Positions 60,705-64,000 of a stretch of 64,000 bases of DNA are shown here, piece by piece. The DNA comes from a bacterium (GTDB lineage: Bacteria; Krumholzibacteriota; Krumholzibacteriia; JACNKJ01): NCBI GenBank assembly GCA_024231955.1, contig JAAEPZ010000591.1:98453-162452 (forward strand). Direction: 5' to 3'. Position numbers and translations under genes: made by a program. Numbering within the stretch: the first letter of the stretch is position 1; each line of letters begins with the position of its first letter. Below the pieces are notes generated by a model. That model saw only the letters and a program-made list of their open reading frames with translations, was not told the origin of the DNA and searched no databases.

Positions 60705-63700
60705 CTACTTGAGAAGAGTCAGTTTGGTTGTGTCGTTCCAGTTACCTGCATCGATCCGGAGCGTGTAGATGCCGGAGGAGAGACCGGTTCCACTCTGGTC
60801 GCGACCGTTCCATGACCAGGTGTGCTCCCCGGCGGGCCGGCTGTCCAGCTTGCGGGAGAACACCTGACGACCGTTAGCCGCGAAAATGCGGATCAGCACG
60901 GAATTCTCACGGGGGAGCGAGTAGGTGATGTTGGTCGTCGGATTGAACGGATTGGGCCAGGCGCCACCCAGGGCGAAACTGCGGGGCAGTTCGTCCCCTA
61001 CGGATACCATGATCTGACCGGTACCGAAGACTTCATCGGAATAGCCGCTGCCCAATTGGTCCGCATTCCAGGCGGTGACCTTGTAGTAGTAGACCGTTGT
61101 CTCATCGGGGACCGAATCGTCGTAGTCGGTGTTGTTGATACCGGCGATCAGCGCCAGACGGTTGGCGATCGTCGGCTCGAAATCCTCGACGGTATCCCGA
61201 TAGACGGCGTACCCCGCGGCCCCGGTGACCAGATCCCAGTCCAGATGGATCCCGTAATCTCTATCCCTGAGAGAGGCATTCACGGTCACGCCCTGCGGCC
61301 GCCACGGACGTTGGATGTCGGCATCCGGCCCGCCGTAGGCCCCGATGTCGCTACGGCCGCCATCGACATCAAGAATCGTCGGATCCCCTTTGTCGAGAGC
61401 GGGGGAGTCGATCAGCAGGTGGAAATCAGCCGCCGCCTGGTCCCTGTAGAGGGGGTCGACATGTGTATCTCCCTCAATGGAGGTGAAGCCCTGATAGTCC
61501 GAATCGCTGGCGGGATTGTTGAAGAAGTTGTTGTAGGCGGCCGTCGGCAGGGTCGGGCCGAGGGCGAAAATCGTGGGCGACGCCAGATTGTTGGTGAAGT
61601 GACAATTCCGGATATCGACACTGGTATTGGACAGAGCGAGAGCGCTGCCGAGGATGGTGTTCTGAATGCCGTCGACCGTGTTGTTGACAAACTCGCCGGT
61701 CGATTCGGTCGCATACAGGACCGAGCCCTGGATGCCGCTGATATCCCCTTCGAATACGCAGCTCTTCACGGAGAACGTGCTGCCGCCGGCGTTATGGATT
61801 GAGCCGCCGAAATGGATGTCCGGGTCGCCATTACCTCGACTGACGCCATTGAGTAGCACCAGATTGCCCTGATTCATGATAGCGCCGCCGGAGACGGAGG
61901 CGCTGTTGTTGTCGAACAGGCAGGATTCGAGATCAAAAGTCAACCCGGCCCGAATCATGACGGCGCCACCCATATTGACTGCGGTGTTGCCAGTGAAATT
62001 GCCGCCGTCGATCCGGACAGTGCACTCGGTGCCGGTCATCGCACCGCCCTCGCCGATCGTCGTCAGATCGTCTCTGGCGGAGTTGGACGTAAAGCTGCAA
62101 TTCTGCAGAACGATGTCGGAATCGTGTACCGCCAACCCGCCGCCGTAATAGGCCGAGTTGTTCTCGAAATCGCAGTTGACCAGTGTCAGGTCGACGCCAA
62201 CGATGAACAGACCGCCGCCGTGGGAATTGTCATCGTCGCTGATATCCGCATTGGCGAATGTGAGGTTGGTCAGCGTGGGGGAACCGGCGCGGATCAACAT
62301 GTTGCCGCCATAGCGCCCCTGATCGGGATAGTAGCCGACCTGACCGCCCCCCTGCTCGATCCGGAACCCGTCGATGATCGTCGTGGCGTCGATCACCGGA
62401 TTAATCAAGATGAATACGCAGTTGATGCCGTTGCCCTGCAGGGTGGAGCGATTGGTGGCGGGTGTGCGATTGTCGTAGGTGGCGTCCCAGCCGCCGAGCA
62501 GCGACAGGTTCTTGTCAAGTGAGAGTACGTCACCAGAGCCGGATGCGGAGCCCTGCATGGCGACGGTATCGCCTTCGACGGCGAAGTCCAGGGCCTCCTG
62601 CAGTTCATCGAATTCATCGGGATAGGAGAAGAAGCTGCCGCCGCCCAGAGCCAGGAAGGCGTTGATCCGTCCGGCACCGAGGAGATTGCTGTAGCCCGGA
62701 TTGATATCCGAGATGTCATCACAGGTGTCGTAAAGCCTCTGGGTAACCATCGCGGCGTTGCTCTGACTGCGTACGCCATTTGCCAGGTGATGATAGATGC
62801 TGGCGACAAGACCGGCGGTGAGGGGTGCCGAGAACGAGGTGCCCTGGGTGGAGGTGTAGCCATCGATGGCCGTGGTGTAGACCGCGGTGCCAGGGGCGGA
62901 GACATCCACCCAGGTGCCGTAACTGGAGAAATCCGATTTGATGTCGGAGGCATCCGTGGAGGCGACATCAATGCAGCGGTTTGTCGTCGCCAGGTAGGAG
63001 GCAACGCTGTCGTTGTCGTTGCCGGCGGAGTTGGTGATGATCATGCCGGCGCTCCAGGCCGAATTGACGGCGGAGCCCAGAGCGGGCGTATAGCTGCTGC
63101 CGTAGCTCAGATTGGCCACGTGCGCACCCTTGACTCTGGCGTAGTTGAAGCCGGAGGCCATATAACTGGAGTAGGAGACGCCGGTCATCTGACCGTCATC
63201 CTCCACCGCCCAACCGATCCGGACTGGGAGAACGCGAGTGTTCCAACCGATTGAGGAGATGCCGATGCCGTTGTCGGTAATGGCGCCGACGAACCCGGCG
63301 CAACAGGTGCCGTGGCCCTCGAAATCGTCGGGGTCGTTATCCTGGTTGCGATAGTCCTCACCACCGTAGGGGCCGGGCGTGACATGGACGAAATCCCAGC
63401 CGCGCCAGTCATCGGTATAGCCGTTGGAATCATCGTCGGCACCGGGAGTCCCGTTGTATTCGGTCCAGTCCACATAGAGGTTGCCGTTGAGGTAGGGGGC
63501 CGGTCCGGCCAGGTCCGGATGATCCAGATCGACACCGGTATCGAGAATGGCGACCACAATCGTGGAGTCCGACTGGGAATGTCCCCAAGCCCCCTTGGCT
63601 TTGAGCGAGCCGGTGTTTCCGGTCTTCAGGTAGTATTGGCTGTCAAAAGTGGGGTCGTTCGAGTTGACGATCTGCACGGGGTTCCTGTCCAGTTTGCAGA

Positions 63701-64000
63701 GAATCACAGGCCAGGCCGTGAGGATCTCAGGTAGCGTCATCAGATCGAGGCAGGCGGCTTTGATGTCTGTATCTACTTCAATTTCAGCTACATAAAACTG
63801 GTCGCGGAAATCTGAGAATTGACGTTTATTCGCCGGCAGCTCCGCGAAGAACATCGGAGTGAGTGACCTTGTGCCCACCTTGTCCAGCAATTGATCGACC
63901 ATCCCGGCGCCGCTCCGGCCCCGTTCCAGGATCGTTGCAGGTGAGACCGCCGATGGTGCGAACTGGATTTCAATCATACCGGGGACGATTTTCCCGTCCA
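60705..64000 (-). CDS. Modular S8 (subtilisin) peptidase with beta-helix, Fn3-like and FlgD/T9SS-like C-terminal domains; 5' end outside the window
   Basis: Catalytic ILDTG, GHGT, GTSFSAP plus SAGN; F..N.A..GG repeats; PNPFNP...WNGRD..G..LSSGIY...KLTLLK; the frame stays open to the window edge. Confidence 0.9.
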   Translation of the reverse strand, partial: DGKIVPGMIEIQFAPSAVSPATILERGRSGAGMVDQLLDKVGTRSLTPMFFAELPANKRQFSDFRDQFYVAEIEVDTDIKAACLDLMTLPEILTAWPVILCKLDRNPVQIVNSNDPTFDSQYYLKTGNTGSLKAKGAWGHSQSDSTIVVAILDTGVDLDHPDLAGPAPYLNGNLYVDWTEYNGTPGADDDSNGYTDDWRGWDFVHVTPGPYGGEDYRNQDNDPDDFEGHGTCCAGFVGAITDNGIGISSIGWNTRVLPVRIGWAVEDDGQMTGVSYSSYMASGFNYARVKGAHVANLSYGSSYTPALGSAVNSAWSAGMIITNSAGNDNDSVASYLATTNRCIDVASTDASDIKSDFSSYGTWVDVSAPGTAVYTTAIDGYTSTQGTSFSAPLTAGLVASIYHHLANGVRSQSNAAMVTQRLYDTCDDISDINPGYSNLLGAGRINAFLALGGGSFFSYPDEFDELQEALDFAVEGDTVAMQGSASGSGDVLSLDKNLSLLGGWDATYDNRTPATNRSTLQGNGINCVFILINPVIDATTIIDGFRIEQGGGQVGYYPDQGRYGGNMLIRAGSPTLTNLTFANADISDDDNSHGGGLFIVGVDLTLVNCDFENNSAYYGGGLAVHDSDIVLQNCSFTSNSARDDLTTIGEGGAMTGTECTVRIDGGNFTGNTAVNMGGAVMIRAGLTFDLESCLFDNNSASVSGGAIMNQGNLVLLNGVSRGNGDPDIHFGGSIHNAGGSTFSVKSCVFEGDISGIQGSVLYATESTGEFVNNTVDGIQNTILGSALALSNTSVDIRNCHFTNNLASPTIFALGPTLPTAAYNNFFNNPASDSDYQGFTSIEGDTHVDPLYRDQAAADFHLLIDSPALDKGDPTILDVDGGRSDIGAYGGPDADIQRPWRPQGVTVNASLRDRDYGIHLDWDLVTGAAGYAVYRDTVEDFEPTIANRLALIAGINNTDYDDSVPDETTVYYYKVTAWNADQLGSGYSDEVFGTGQIMVSVGDELPRSFALGGAWPNPFNPTTNITYSLPRENSVLIRIFAANGRQVFSRKLDSRPAGEHTWSWNGRDQSGTGLSSGIYTLRIDAGNWNDTTKLTLLK

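Noticed and set aside
1..64000. CRISPR arrays, tRNA/rRNA (including tRNA-Sec), transposases, integrases
   Set aside because: No regularly spaced repeats, cloverleafs or mobile-element proteins were recognised by eye.

Overview
A GC-rich, gene-dense bacterial window from a probable anaerobe. The GWxTD protein, FlgD/T9SS-like tail and SWxxIKxMY tails suggest an FCB-group lineage such as Latescibacterota/Krumholzibacteriota (inference). It holds two hybrid histidine kinases and a Tat-exported aldo/keto reductase. A ~11.5 kb operon couples a four-subunit 2-oxoacid:ferredoxin oxidoreductase to a heterodisulfide-reductase module (HdrA, MvhD, HdrD-like, HdrA-MvhD, small Zn-ribbon, HdrC, HdrB). Both hdrA genes carry an in-frame UGA at the CxxC-equivalent position (DCSI-U-ILGP), followed 20 nt later by an identical SECIS-like hairpin, so they are most likely selenoproteins that the ORF track splits. 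Also present: a coupled pair of FG-GAP membrane sensor kinases with apparently complementary defects (His but degenerate ATPase; intact ATPase but no His), CitD-CitE/CitF citrate lyase with a fused LeuC-LeuD aconitase-family enzyme, DjlA, IcmF and a PAS-PAS-NDT/TIR-like fusion. Further along are two gene remnants, a radical SAM/SPASM enzyme coupled to a 'VTCY' membrane protein, two tandem beta-helix proteins, HDAC, efp, maeB, sdhCAB, rlmD, acylphosphatase, PhnD-like, GWxTD and a 5'-truncated modular S8 protease. No tRNA, rRNA, CRISPR or transposase was recognised. All calls come from motif reading only; no searches were run.
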